64,000 bases of DNA from assembly GCA_963776225.1 (NCBI GenBank), contig CAVZLL010000002.1:151585-215584 (forward strand), read 5' to 3'. How positions within the stretch are numbered: position 1 is the stretch's first letter; each line of letters starts with the position of its first letter. Of this stretch, positions 37,936 through 47,154 are shown piece by piece. This DNA comes from an uncultured Acidimicrobiaceae bacterium (GTDB lineage Bacteria > Actinomycetota > Acidimicrobiia > Acidimicrobiales > RAAP-2). The position numbers and the translations under genes were made by a program. Under the pieces are notes generated by a model. It did no database searches. It worked only from the letters and a program-made list of their open reading frames with translations, and was not told where the DNA came from.

Positions 37936-38478
37936 ATGGCCGACGACTCCACCGCCACTGACGCCCAGGCACTTCTCGCCCATGGGGCAGGCCACTGGAC
38001 CCTCGACCCCGCCGGCTCGTCGATCAGGTTCCACGTCAAGCACTTCTGGGGGTTGATCACCGTGCACGGACGCTTCGAGAAACTCGAGGGCGACGGCACC
38101 GTCGACCCGGACGGGACCGTCTCGGGTCGCCTGACCATCGACGCCACCTCCCTCACCACCAAGAATCGCAGGCGCGACAAGCACCTCCGCTCCGCGGACT
38201 TCTTCGATGTCGAACACCATCCAACGGTGACGGTGACCGTGGACGCGCTCATCCCCGAGGGCGAACGGGGATTTCGTGGCCGTGTCAGCCTCGAAGCGGC
38301 CGGTCGTCGGGCCGATCTTCAACCGACGATCGACGTGGTGAGCGCTTCCAACGACGCCGTCGTCGTTCACTCGGAGGCGGTGGTCGACCGAACGTTGTTC
38401 GACATGACCTGGAACCCGCTCGGGATGACGTCGTCCCAAGCGCGAGGTGAGGTCACGGCCCGCTTCGTGCGGCGCTGA
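37936..38478 (+). CDS. YceI-like polyisoprenoid-binding protein
   Basis: AGGAGG RBS. WTLDPAGSSIRFHVKHFWGLITVHGRFEKLEG...DATSLTTKNRRRDKHLRSADFFDVEHHP. Confidence 0.85.
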   Translation: MADDSTATDAQALLAHGAGHWTLDPAGSSIRFHVKHFWGLITVHGRFEKLEGDGTVDPDGTVSGRLTIDATSLTTKNRRRDKHLRSADFFDVEHHPTVTVTVDALIPEGERGFRGRVSLEAAGRRADLQPTIDVVSASNDAVVVHSEAVVDRTLFDMTWNPLGMTSSQARGEVTARFVRR

Positions 38479-38674
38479 CCCGTCACCTCACCCTCGGTCG
38501 GAACACCCTGTCCGTGGCTCCTCTCCACGGGAGATCCGCCCAAGGCGGTCTCCGACGCGGCGACCTCGTCCGCCGCGGGCACCGGACCGGCGAACCGGCT
38601 CCGCGGAGGCCCGAGAGCCGGTCGTCACGCTGGCCTCCCTGCTGGGTGGGCTGGCGCCCTGCAAGACTGCAGCG

Positions 38675-39559
38675 ATGGACGTCCATCTGGTCGATGGCAC
38701 GTACGAGCTCTTCCGGCACTTCTTCGGTCAGCCGCCCCGAGCCGCCGACGACGGGAGCGAGATCGGTGCGGCCCGCGGTGTGGTACTCACCCTCCTCGGC
38801 ATGCTCGGCGACGGGGTCACCCACGTCGGGGTGGCCACCGACCGGGTGATCGAGTCGTTCCGCAACGACCTCTGGCCCGGGTACAAGACCGGGTCCGGCA
38901 TCGATCCCCTGCTGCGGTCGCAGTTCGAGATCCTGGAGACGGCCGTCGAGGCGCTCGGTGTGGCGCTCTGGCCGATGGTCGAGCTCGAGGCCGACGACGC
39001 ACTCGCCTCCGCGGCGGCCGTTGCGGCGGACGACCCGGACGTCGATCGTGTCGTCATCTGCACGCCCGACAAGGACCTCGCCCAGTGCGTGCGCGGCGAG
39101 CGGGTGGTCCAGCTCGACCGCAGGAGCGGCACCATCAGCGACGAATCCGGCGTCTGGGCGAAGTTCGGGGTCGCGCCCCTCTCGATCCCCGACTGGCTCG
39201 CGCTGGTCGGGGACTCGGCCGACGGGTTCCCCGGGCTGGCCGGGTGGGGTCGGCGGTCGGCATCGGCGGTGCTCGCCCACTACGGGAGCATCGACGAGGT
39301 GCCGGACCAAGTCGCCGACTGGGACGCGGACGTGCGGGGGGCGGTCCGAGGTGCGGCCAAGCTGGCGGAACGGCTGGCGAGCGAGCGAGAGCGGGCCGAG
39401 CTGTTCCGGGTCCTCGCCACGCTCCGCATCGAGCGGGCACTCCTCCCCGACGTGCGCGCGCTCGAGTGGCAGGGGCCGACCGCGAGCTTCGGGGAGGTCT
39501 GCGCCCACTTCAGGGACCCGGTGATGGCGCAGCGCGCGGAGGCCATGCGGCCCGGCTGA
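38675..39559 (+). CDS. 5'-3' exonuclease / flap endonuclease (FEN, Pol I N-terminal-domain-like)
   Basis: MDVHLVDGTYELFRHFF, ELEADDALAS, CTPDKDLAQC, and H3TH segment IPDWLALVGDSADGFPGLAGWG. Confidence 0.85.
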   Translation: MDVHLVDGTYELFRHFFGQPPRAADDGSEIGAARGVVLTLLGMLGDGVTHVGVATDRVIESFRNDLWPGYKTGSGIDPLLRSQFEILETAVEALGVALWPMVELEADDALASAAAVAADDPDVDRVVICTPDKDLAQCVRGERVVQLDRRSGTISDESGVWAKFGVAPLSIPDWLALVGDSADGFPGLAGWGRRSASAVLAHYGSIDEVPDQVADWDADVRGAVRGAAKLAERLASERERAELFRVLATLRIERALLPDVRALEWQGPTASFGEVCAHFRDPVMAQRAEAMRPG

Positions 39560-39562
39560 GGG

Positions 39563-40630
39563 TCAGCCCTTCGACGCGAAGACCTCGTCCAGCTCGGCCG
39601 GGACCGGCGTATCCAGCTGGGAGTACACGCACGACTCGGGCGTGCGGTCCGGCCGCCACCGGACGAACGAGGTGGCGTGGCGGAACCGGTCCCCCTGGAG
39701 GTGGTCGTAGGACACCTCGGCGACCAGCTCCGGCCGGAGCGGCTCCCAGCTCAGGTCCTTCCCACCGGTCCAGCGACTCTGCCCGCCGGGCACGCGACCG
39801 GCCGGCTCCTCCCCCATCTGCCAGGGGTGCCCGGTGTGCGCGCCCGCCCGGTACGGCTCCAGGGTGCCGACGAACTCCTCACGGCGTGCCGCGCTGAACC
39901 CCGAGGCGACTCCGACATGGTGGAGGACGCCCCGGTCGTCGAAGATCCCGAGGAGGAGCGATCCGACGACACCGCCCACCTTGTGCCATCGGAACCCGGC
40001 GACGACGCAGTCGGCGGTGCGCTCGTGCTTGACCTTGATCATCGCCCGCTTGTCGGGCTGGTAGTGCAGGTCGCCGGCTTTGACCACCACTCCGTCGAGG
40101 CCGGCGCCCTCGAACCGCGAGAACCAGTCCCGGGCCACGTCGACGCTGGTGGTCACCGGTGTGAGGTGGACCGGGGGCCTGGCCTTGCGGAGCGCCTTCT
40201 CCAGGGCGCTGCGCCGGGCGGCGAACGGCCCGTCCATCAGGCTCGCGTCCCCGAGCGCGAGCAGGTCGAAGGCGACGAACGAGGCCGGCGTCGACCTCGA
40301 CAGGAGCAGCACGCGTGACTCGGCCGGGTGGATCCGCTGCGACAGGGCGTCGAAGTCGAGGCCGGAGGGTCCGGCGATCACGATCTCCCCGTCGAGGACG
40401 CACCGCTCGGGCAGGTTCGCCTGCAACGAGTCGACCAGCTCGGGGAAGTAGCGGGTGAGTGGCTTCTCGTTGCGGCTGCCGAGGACGACGTCGTCACCGT
40501 CGCGGAAGACGATGCACCGGAACCCGTCCCACTTCGGCTCGTAGTGGAGGCCGTCCCCCTCGGGCAGCTCCCGGGCCAGCTTGGCCAGCATCGGCGAGAC
40601 CGGGGGCACGACGGGGAGCGTCACCGGCAA
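39563..40630 (-). CDS. ATP-dependent DNA ligase, stand-alone LigC-like
   Basis: Motif I is EPKWDGFR. Size is 355 aa, with adenylation and OB domains only. Confidence 0.9.
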   Translation of the reverse strand: MPVTLPVVPPVSPMLAKLARELPEGDGLHYEPKWDGFRCIVFRDGDDVVLGSRNEKPLTRYFPELVDSLQANLPERCVLDGEIVIAGPSGLDFDALSQRIHPAESRVLLLSRSTPASFVAFDLLALGDASLMDGPFAARRSALEKALRKARPPVHLTPVTTSVDVARDWFSRFEGAGLDGVVVKAGDLHYQPDKRAMIKVKHERTADCVVAGFRWHKVGGVVGSLLLGIFDDRGVLHHVGVASGFSAARREEFVGTLEPYRAGAHTGHPWQMGEEPAGRVPGGQSRWTGGKDLSWEPLRPELVAEVSYDHLQGDRFRHATSFVRWRPDRTPESCVYSQLDTPVPAELDEVFASKG

Positions 40631-40639
40631 ATGGTACGG

Positions 40640-41660
40640 CTATGCCGCGTGGCCGGCGGTCCAGGCGAGGAACTCGTCGAGCGGCAGGGTGTTCATGACC
40701 CGGTCCTCGGGAACGCCCGCCAGGGCGGCCCGTTCGCAACCGTTGCGCTGCCATTCGAGCTGGCCCGGCGCGTGGGCATCGGTGTCCACCACCACCACAC
40801 AGCCCAGCGAGAGGGCGAGGTCGAGCAGCGGCTCGGGGGGGTCGAGGCGCTCCGGTCGCGAGTTGATCTCGACCGCCGTTCCGGTCCGGGCGCACGCGCC
40901 GAAGACCGCGTCGGCGTCGAAGGTGGACGGTGGGCGGCCCCGACCGACCAGGATCCGACCGGTGCAGTGGCCGAGGATGTCGGTGTGCGGGCTCTCGACG
41001 GCGCGCACCATCCGCCTGGTCATCTCGGGCGCGTCCATCCGCAGCTTGGAGTGCACGCTCGCGACGACCACGTCGAGCTGGGCGAGCAACGCCTCGTCCT
41101 GATCGAGCGAACCGTCCTCCAAGATGTCGACCTCGATCCCGGTGAGGATGCGGAACGGTGCGAGCTCGGCGTTCAGTTCCGCGACGATCTCGAGCTGCTG
41201 GCCGAGGCGGGTCGGCATCGAGCCCGTGGGCGACGGTGAGCCGCGGACTGTGGTCGGTGAGCGCCCAGTACCGGTGTCCGAGGTCTCTCGCCGCCTCGGC
41301 CATCTCGCGGATGGGGCTCCCGCCGTCCGACCAGTCGGAGTGGCTGTGGCAGTCCCCCTGCAGCCGGTCGAGGAGGGCGGCCGCCGCGTCGCTCAGCGGG
41401 GACACCTCGACCGACTCGAGCGTGGCCAGGTACGCCGGCGTGGACCCGCCGAGCGCCTCGGTGATCACCTGGGCGGTCGTCTTCCCGACGCCGGGGATCT
41501 TCTGGAGCCGGGCCGGCGTCATGCCGGTCAGCTCGGCGTCGGGGAGGCCGGCGATGGCCGCGGCGGCGTTGCGGAACGCCCGCACCTTGTAGGACTCGGC
41601 CCCGTCACGCTCGAGGAGGTAGGCGATGCGGCGCAGCGCGTCGACCGGGTCCACGACCAC
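40640..41660 (-). pseudogene. PolX-like HhH (8-kDa-like) + PHP phosphoesterase protein lacking a polymerase core; one frameshift
   Basis: N-terminal part VVVDPVDALRRIAYLLERDGAESYKVRAFRNAA...IPGVGKTTAQ...CHSHSDWSDG is in the frame of ORF 40494..43058. The C-terminal PHP part is ORF 40640..41218. The break is at about 41222, where gac-c-cgc carries one extra C relative to the expected G-L-D-A-D-R-L reading. Confidence 0.75.
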
Positions 41661-42701
41661 TATCCCTTCTTGGCGCGGCTCGGGGAGACCCGGGTCGGCT
41701 CGTCGGGCTGCTTGGGGTACTCGGGAGGCCACGGCGCGTCGTGCAGGCCGTCGGCCCGGTCCCGCGCGGCCATGTCCAAGAGCGGTTGGAGCGACTGGGG
41801 GTCGGTCGGCGATCCCCGCCCACGGATCGCCGCGGCGCCGCAGCAGCTCGGGAACGGTCCGGATGGTCAGCTGCCTCGGGATCGACGCCGGCGATCTCCT
41901 CCCAGGCGAGCGGGGTCGAGACCTGGCCCCCCACCCGGGGCGCGGGCGAACCAGGCGCCGAAGACCGTCTTGTGCGGGCGCGTTCTGGTTGAAGTCGACG
42001 AAGATCCGCTCGCCCCGCTCCTCCTTCCACCAGTTGGCCGTGATCAGGTCGGGGTGCCGGCGCTCGAGCTCGCGGGCCAGGGCGACCGCCCCCGCTCGGA
42101 CCTCGAAGCTGTCCCAGCGGTTCTCGAGGCGGACGTAGACGTGCAGGCCGCGGTTGCCGGTGGTCTTCGGGTAGCCGGCGATGCCCAGCTCGTCGAGGAG
42201 CGCCCGCACGTGCACGGCCGCCACCCGGATCTCGTCGAAGGACGTCCCCGGCTGGGGATCGAGGTCGATACGGAGCTCGTCGGCGTGGGCCGGGTCGTCC
42301 GCCCGGTACGGCCACAGGTGCAGGCCGAGGCACCCGAGGTTGACCGCCCAGAGCACGTGCGCGAGGTCGGCGACGACCAGGGCGTTCGAGCGTCGTGCCG
42401 TTCGGGGTGGTGACCACGGTGGTCTGGAGCCACTCCGGCGCGTTGGCGGGGACCCGCTTCTGGAAGAAGGACGATCCCGCCGGCTCCACCGGGGAACCGC
42501 TCGAGGAGGGCTGGCCGGTCGCCCGCCGTGTTGACGCAGTGCGTCGGCGATCTCCAGGTAGTACGAGACCAGGTCGAACTTGGTCGCGCCGAGCTCGGGG
42601 AAGTAGATCTTGTCCGGGCTGGAGATCTCGACGGCGCGACCGGATGCCTCGACGACCCGGATGTCCTTGCCAGCCACCGTCCCACGATATCGGCCGACCA
42701 T
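41660..42701 (-). pseudogene. LigD-Pol / Prim-PolC-type primase-polymerase, about seven frame switches
   Basis: Conserved blocks are scattered over all three minus frames: GKDIRVVEASGRAVEISSPDKIYFPELGATKFDLVSYY; RPALLERFPGG; FFQKRVPANAPEWLQTTVV; LVVADLAHVLWAVNLGCLGLHLWP...ELRIDLDP...TTGNRGLHVYV...FVDFNQNA; KTVFGAWFA; VSTPLAWEEI; LTIRTVPELLRRRGDPWAGI; LQPLLDMAARD...PSRAKKG. The TAG stop overlaps the next gene's GTG. Confidence 0.75.
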
Positions 42702-42765
42702 CCGGCGCCACAGGGGAGCCGGACCGACGGGACGGAACCGGTGCGCCTCGTGACAGAATCGCCCC

Positions 42766-44304
42766 ATGGCCGCCCCCGCACTCCAGAAGGCCGGGGCGGC
42801 GGCCCGGGAGCGGGCCCTGGCGGTGCTGCTCGGGGACTCGCTCGAACCGATCGTGGACCTCGTCGCATGGTCCCCGACCAGCGGTACGTACGAGGTCGCC
42901 TCCTGCCACGGACACCTGCGCTTCCGCCGGCACCACCAGGCGACCGCGTCGAGCGGTCGGCCGGTCTGGGCCTTCGAGAGCGAGCTCCTGAACGGGGAGA
43001 ACCCGATCGCACGCCAGGACCCCGGCCACCTCGGCAGCCTCGCCGAGGAACGGCTCACACCGCACCCGACCCGGCGCGGGAATTCCTATCCGCACGCGTT
43101 CGAGCACCTGGCGCAGCTGTTCGACCATCCCTCGGCGCCCGACCTGGTGGTGCAGCACTCGGCCGCCCACTTCTGGGGGGAGCAGGGCGGGCACCTCGGT
43201 GAGCACGGCTCCCTCGGTGTGCTCCAGGCCCGGGCGCCCTTCATCGCGGCCGGCGCCGGGGTCCGGCCGGCGGGGCTGATCGGCGGGAGCTGCCGCCTGG
43301 TCGACGTGGCTCCCACGGTCCTCGAACTGCTGGGATGTCCCGCACCACCGGGTGCGCCGCCCGGGGCCAGACTGCTCCGCCAGGACGGCGAGGTCCTGCA
43401 CGACCTGATCACCCGCCCGGGCGCGGCCGGCCACGTCGTCGCCATGCTGCTCGACGGGACCAACCCCAACGTCCTCTACGAGATGGCCGGGAGCGGCGAC
43501 GCGCCCGCCGTCGGCCGGCTCATGGAGGCGGGGGCGACCTACCGCCACGGTGCGATCGCCTCCCTCCCCACGGTCACCCTCGCCAACCACACCGGCATCC
43601 TGACCGGGACCCACCCCGGCCACCACGGCATCCTGCACAACGCCTGGATCGACCGGCTGACCGGGAACCAGGTCGTGACCAACTCGCCCTCGACCTGGGC
43701 CACCGCGATGACCTGGCTGAACGGGTCGGTCGAGACGGTCCACCACGCGGTGCACCGATCGAAGCCCGGGTCGGCATCGATCTCGATCAACGAGCCCTGC
43801 GACTCCGGGGCCGACTACTCGATCTTCGACCTCATCCGCCGCGGGGAGCAGATCGACCGCCCGCCGCCCGCCGAGACGCTCCCCGACGCCACCGAGCGGT
43901 TCGTGCGGCCGAGCAAGGACTACCGCTGGTCCTCGCTCGTCGACCACACCGCGGTCGAACAGTTCTGCGGGATCTGGGGCGGCCGGTACCGCGGGCACAC
44001 CTGGCCGACCCCGACGTTCACCTGGGTCAATTTCACGCTGACCGACGCGGCGTTCCACGAGGGTGGGCCGTACTCGGAGATCGCCGCCGCCTCGGTCCGC
44101 GACACGGACGCCCGGATCGGTCGCATCCTCGAGGCGGTCGAGCGCTCTGGCGCATGGGAGGAGACCGCCTTCGTCCTCGTCGCCGATCACGGCATGGAGC
44201 TGGCCGATCCGGGGGTGACCGGCGACTGGGACGAGGCGCTGGTGCGTTCGGGGATCGACGTCCGGGACGAGGGCTACGGATTCCTCTACCTCACCGACCG
44301 GTGA
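42766..44304 (+). CDS. alkaline-phosphatase-superfamily enzyme (nucleotide pyrophosphatase/phosphodiesterase-like)
   Basis: VVAMLLDGTNPNV ... LPTVTLANHTGILTGTHPGHHGI is the catalytic Thr motif. Metal-ligand motifs include VLVADHGM. Confidence 0.8.
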   Translation: MAAPALQKAGAAARERALAVLLGDSLEPIVDLVAWSPTSGTYEVASCHGHLRFRRHHQATASSGRPVWAFESELLNGENPIARQDPGHLGSLAEERLTPHPTRRGNSYPHAFEHLAQLFDHPSAPDLVVQHSAAHFWGEQGGHLGEHGSLGVLQARAPFIAAGAGVRPAGLIGGSCRLVDVAPTVLELLGCPAPPGAPPGARLLRQDGEVLHDLITRPGAAGHVVAMLLDGTNPNVLYEMAGSGDAPAVGRLMEAGATYRHGAIASLPTVTLANHTGILTGTHPGHHGILHNAWIDRLTGNQVVTNSPSTWATAMTWLNGSVETVHHAVHRSKPGSASISINEPCDSGADYSIFDLIRRGEQIDRPPPAETLPDATERFVRPSKDYRWSSLVDHTAVEQFCGIWGGRYRGHTWPTPTFTWVNFTLTDAAFHEGGPYSEIAAASVRDTDARIGRILEAVERSGAWEETAFVLVADHGMELADPGVTGDWDEALVRSGIDVRDEGYGFLYLTDR

Positions 44305-44322
44305 CGGCCGACGTGACGCCGG

Positions 44323-44610
44323 CTACCAGGCCGCGCTGAGCTCGACCAGGGAGTCGAGATACTCGCGACGTCGGCATGCCTGGACGGTCACCCCTTCCAT
44401 CGGTTCATCCGGCGCGATCCTGAGCGCAGGGCTGGAGTGGACACAGCAGGCCACCTGCCGTCTCTCGATGCTGAGCACTCTCACAGCACGCGGCGGGCAC
44501 CCGGTGCGGTCGCAGGACCCCGGTGCCAACGGTGGTACGTTCCTCCCGCTGCCGGGCCCGTTGTAGCAGAGGTTTCCGCCAACCGATGTTCCGGGTCCGG
44601 CGGCACTCAC
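44323..44610 (-). CDS. doubtful Cys-rich ORF (95 aa) downstream of the ABC-2 operon
   Basis: Only this ORF in the 480-nt gap has acceptable composition, and it has 6 Cys. There is no RBS, no family is recognised, and it may be non-coding. Confidence 0.2.
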   Translation of the reverse strand: MSAAGPGTSVGGNLCYNGPGSGRNVPPLAPGSCDRTGCPPRAVRVLSIERRQVACCVHSSPALRIAPDEPMEGVTVQACRRREYLDSLVELSAAW

Positions 44611-44790
44611 GCCGGACCGGGGGCGAAACGACGAACGGCCTGATACCGCCGTTCCGGAGGCGGCACCAGGCCTGTTCGGCGGGATCCCGCCAGCTTGGCA
44701 ACCATCATGGGCGACGATCCGTGCCGATGCAACACGTGTTGCGGAATCAGGTTGCCGGAACGCGTCCGGGTCGCCGTCCGCAGTGGGCGG

Positions 44791-45978
44791 TCAGGCGTCC
44801 CTGGTCACCATCCGCCAGGCACCGAGCGCGGTCCACACCACCAGCCAGGCGACGATGACGCAGACAGCCGCGGTCCGCGATTCGGGCACCAGCAACCGGG
44901 CGCCCCCCGGTCCCCCTCCACCGCCTCCACCCCCGAACGGGAGCGGGAGGCCGCCCGGTTCGATATGGGACATGGCGAGTCCCACGATGCCCCGCTGGGC
45001 GTTGATCAGGTGGCTGATCACGTTGCGGCTGAGGACCGGGGTGAGGATCAGTTCGAGCACGATGAGGAGGATCACCGGGACCGTCCGCTGTCCCATGAGC
45101 GAGGCCAGCCCGAGTCCGACCACGAACCCGATGGTCGCCTCGAGGGTGATCCACAGGCCCGAGTCGACCATCAGCGAGACGGAGGGCACCAGGAAATTGC
45201 TCCGGTAGTCCGAGTAGTCCTGGTTGGCGATCGTGACCGCCGCGGCACTGGCCTGCGCCGGGGTCGCCGGAGCGGGGGCACCGGCACCCCCGGGGCCCTT
45301 CACGATCTGCCCGCCCGGCCCACCCTGCGGCCCGCTGCCACAGGGCACGTTGACGTTGATGTTGTCGGATGGGAAATTGCAGATGACCTGGTCGGCGTGC
45401 GCGGCCGCCCAGCTGTCCAGGGCCGGCTGCGAGAGCCCTTCGGGCATGGTGACCCCGTCGTAGTCGAGCTGGGTCGGGGCGGCGAACACGCAGACGGCGC
45501 AGACGATGGTGAACCCGACCGCGACGATCGGGATCACGATGGCCAGTCCCGCCGGGATCCGCGCCAGGTACAGCGCGAGCCGGGAGCGGCCGGTGATGAC
45601 CAGGTGGCGGAACATCCCCTCGGTGAGGTCGACCGACCCGGCGGTGGACCCCACGGCGGCGGCCACGATGAATCCGAGGATGAACAGGACACCGGCGACC
45701 AGTCCGGTGAAGATGCTGTAGCCGCCGGCCGGTCCGTAGGATTTCGGCGCGAATGCGTGCGCGAGCAGCCGGACCACGAGGAAGACGGTGGGGAGCCCGA
45801 TGTTGACCGCGAGGAGGGCGATCATGAGCCCGCGTCGCTTCCGGAGCTCCATGAACCGGGTCGCGATCATCCCGCCCGTCGGGATCCAGGACCCGCGGCG
45901 ATCGGGCGACCGGACTGCAGGACCCGGCGAGGGGACCGGTGCCGGTGGTGCGGTCCCCACCTCCGGGGTCGTGGTCAC
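44791..45978 (-). CDS. ABC-2-type transporter permease
   Basis: Multiple TM segments. The GTG overlaps the ATPase TGA (GTGA). A long extracytoplasmic loop has Cys pairs and a Gly-run near the C-terminus. Confidence 0.8.
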   Translation of the reverse strand: MTTTPEVGTAPPAPVPSPGPAVRSPDRRGSWIPTGGMIATRFMELRKRRGLMIALLAVNIGLPTVFLVVRLLAHAFAPKSYGPAGGYSIFTGLVAGVLFILGFIVAAAVGSTAGSVDLTEGMFRHLVITGRSRLALYLARIPAGLAIVIPIVAVGFTIVCAVCVFAAPTQLDYDGVTMPEGLSQPALDSWAAAHADQVICNFPSDNINVNVPCGSGPQGGPGGQIVKGPGGAGAPAPATPAQASAAAVTIANQDYSDYRSNFLVPSVSLMVDSGLWITLEATIGFVVGLGLASLMGQRTVPVILLIVLELILTPVLSRNVISHLINAQRGIVGLAMSHIEPGGLPLPFGGGGGGGGPGGARLLVPESRTAAVCVIVAWLVVWTALGAWRMVTRDA

Positions 45979-46949
45979 TCCTCCCCCAGACGGCTGGTGA
46001 CCTGCAGGAACCAGGACTCGAGCGACGCGTGGATCTGTTGCAACCGGTAGACGGCGATCCCGCCCTCGACCAGCACCCGATTGACCTCCGCGATGAGCGA
46101 TCGCTCCGTGCCGTCGGGCAGCACGATGGCGAGCCCGAGCTGGGTGACCTCCGCTCGTGCTCCGACGGCCGTCCGCTCGAGGAGCTGGCGGGCCCGGTCC
46201 GGCTCCGAACACTCGATCTCGAGCGATGACGACGTTCCGGCGAGCAGCTCGGAGATGGGTCCCTGCCGGATGACCTTGCCCCGGTCGACGATGGCGACCG
46301 CGTCGCAGGTCCGCTCCACCTCGTCGAGCAGGTGCGAGGAGAGCACGACGGTACGGCCCTCCGCGACCAAGGCGAGGATCATGTCCCGCATGTCCTGCAT
46401 CCCGGCCGGGTCGAGACCGTTCATCGGCTCGTCCAGGATGAGCAGCTGGGGGTCACCGATCAGGCAGGCGGCGACCCCGAGGCGCTGGCGCATGCCCATC
46501 GAGTACTTGGACACCCGGTCGTCGGCGCGGTGCAGGATGCCGACCCGCTCGAGCGCGGGACCGATCCGCTGCTTCGCTTCGGGCTCGCGGGCGGCAGCCA
46601 GGATCTGGAGGTTCTGCCTCCCGCTCAGGTGACCGTGGAACCGCGGCTCGTCGACGATCGCACCGACCCGGGCCAGGGCCACGTCGCGATGCCTCGGGAC
46701 CGAATATCCGAGCAGGGACATCGTGCCGGCGTCGGCATGGGTGAGCCCGAGCAGCACGCGGATGAGAGTGGTCTTCCCCGCCCCGTTGGGACCGAGGTAG
46801 CCGAACGCCGAGCCCCGGGGGACCCGGAGCTCCACGCCGTCGACCGCGACGTTCTCCTTGAAGCGCTTGGTGAGCCCATGGGTCTCGACCGCCCAGTGGC
46901 TCTCCGCCGCCTGCCGCTCGGATCCGTCGGGGAGTGTCGTCGCGCTCAT
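45975..46949 (-). CDS. ABC transporter ATP-binding protein
   Basis: Walker A GPNGAGKTT, signature YSMGMRQR, and Walker B LLILDEP. Confidence 0.95.
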   Translation of the reverse strand: MSATTLPDGSERQAAESHWAVETHGLTKRFKENVAVDGVELRVPRGSAFGYLGPNGAGKTTLIRVLLGLTHADAGTMSLLGYSVPRHRDVALARVGAIVDEPRFHGHLSGRQNLQILAAAREPEAKQRIGPALERVGILHRADDRVSKYSMGMRQRLGVAACLIGDPQLLILDEPMNGLDPAGMQDMRDMILALVAEGRTVVLSSHLLDEVERTCDAVAIVDRGKVIRQGPISELLAGTSSSLEIECSEPDRARQLLERTAVGARAEVTQLGLAIVLPDGTERSLIAEVNRVLVEGGIAVYRLQQIHASLESWFLQVTSRLGEE

Positions 46950-47006
46950 CTGCCGCCCTCACCGTGCCACGGGGAAACCAAGAGCGGGTCGACTAGAATA
47001 CCGGGT

Positions 47007-47035
47007 ATAATATCCAGGTCCACACCCGCGGTCAA
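47007..47035 (-). promoter_or_regulatory. sigma-70-like promoter TTGACC-N17-TATTAT for the ABC-2 operon
   Basis: Minus strand reads cTTGACCgcgggtgtggacctggaTATTATacc. The -10 lies about 58 nt upstream of the ATG at 46949, in a locally AT-rich patch. Confidence 0.5.
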
Positions 47036-47154
47036 GACCCACGCGGGCAGGCTCGCATGCTACCGCCCGCATGGCCGAGCAGGAGGTCGCGGGCTCGAGG
47101 AACCGGGGCGGGTCGCAGACCGGTGGCGGACGACGGAACGGCCCGCTCGACCGA

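Noticed and set aside
37415-37972. Minus-strand ORF encoding (AFQ)9, plus plus-strand readings (LER)n and (PGT)n through the 9-nt repeat
   Set aside because: The ORF overlaps yciI out of frame for about 170 nt and becomes Arg/Pro-rich after the repeat. Any 9-nt repeat is open in all frames. It is kept only as an alternative in the repeat finding.
44323-44610. Cys-rich 95-aa ORF as a RiPP precursor for the adjacent ABC-2 exporter
   Set aside because: No modifying enzyme, leader-like motif or RBS is nearby, and the coding signal is weak. It is listed as a doubtful CDS only.
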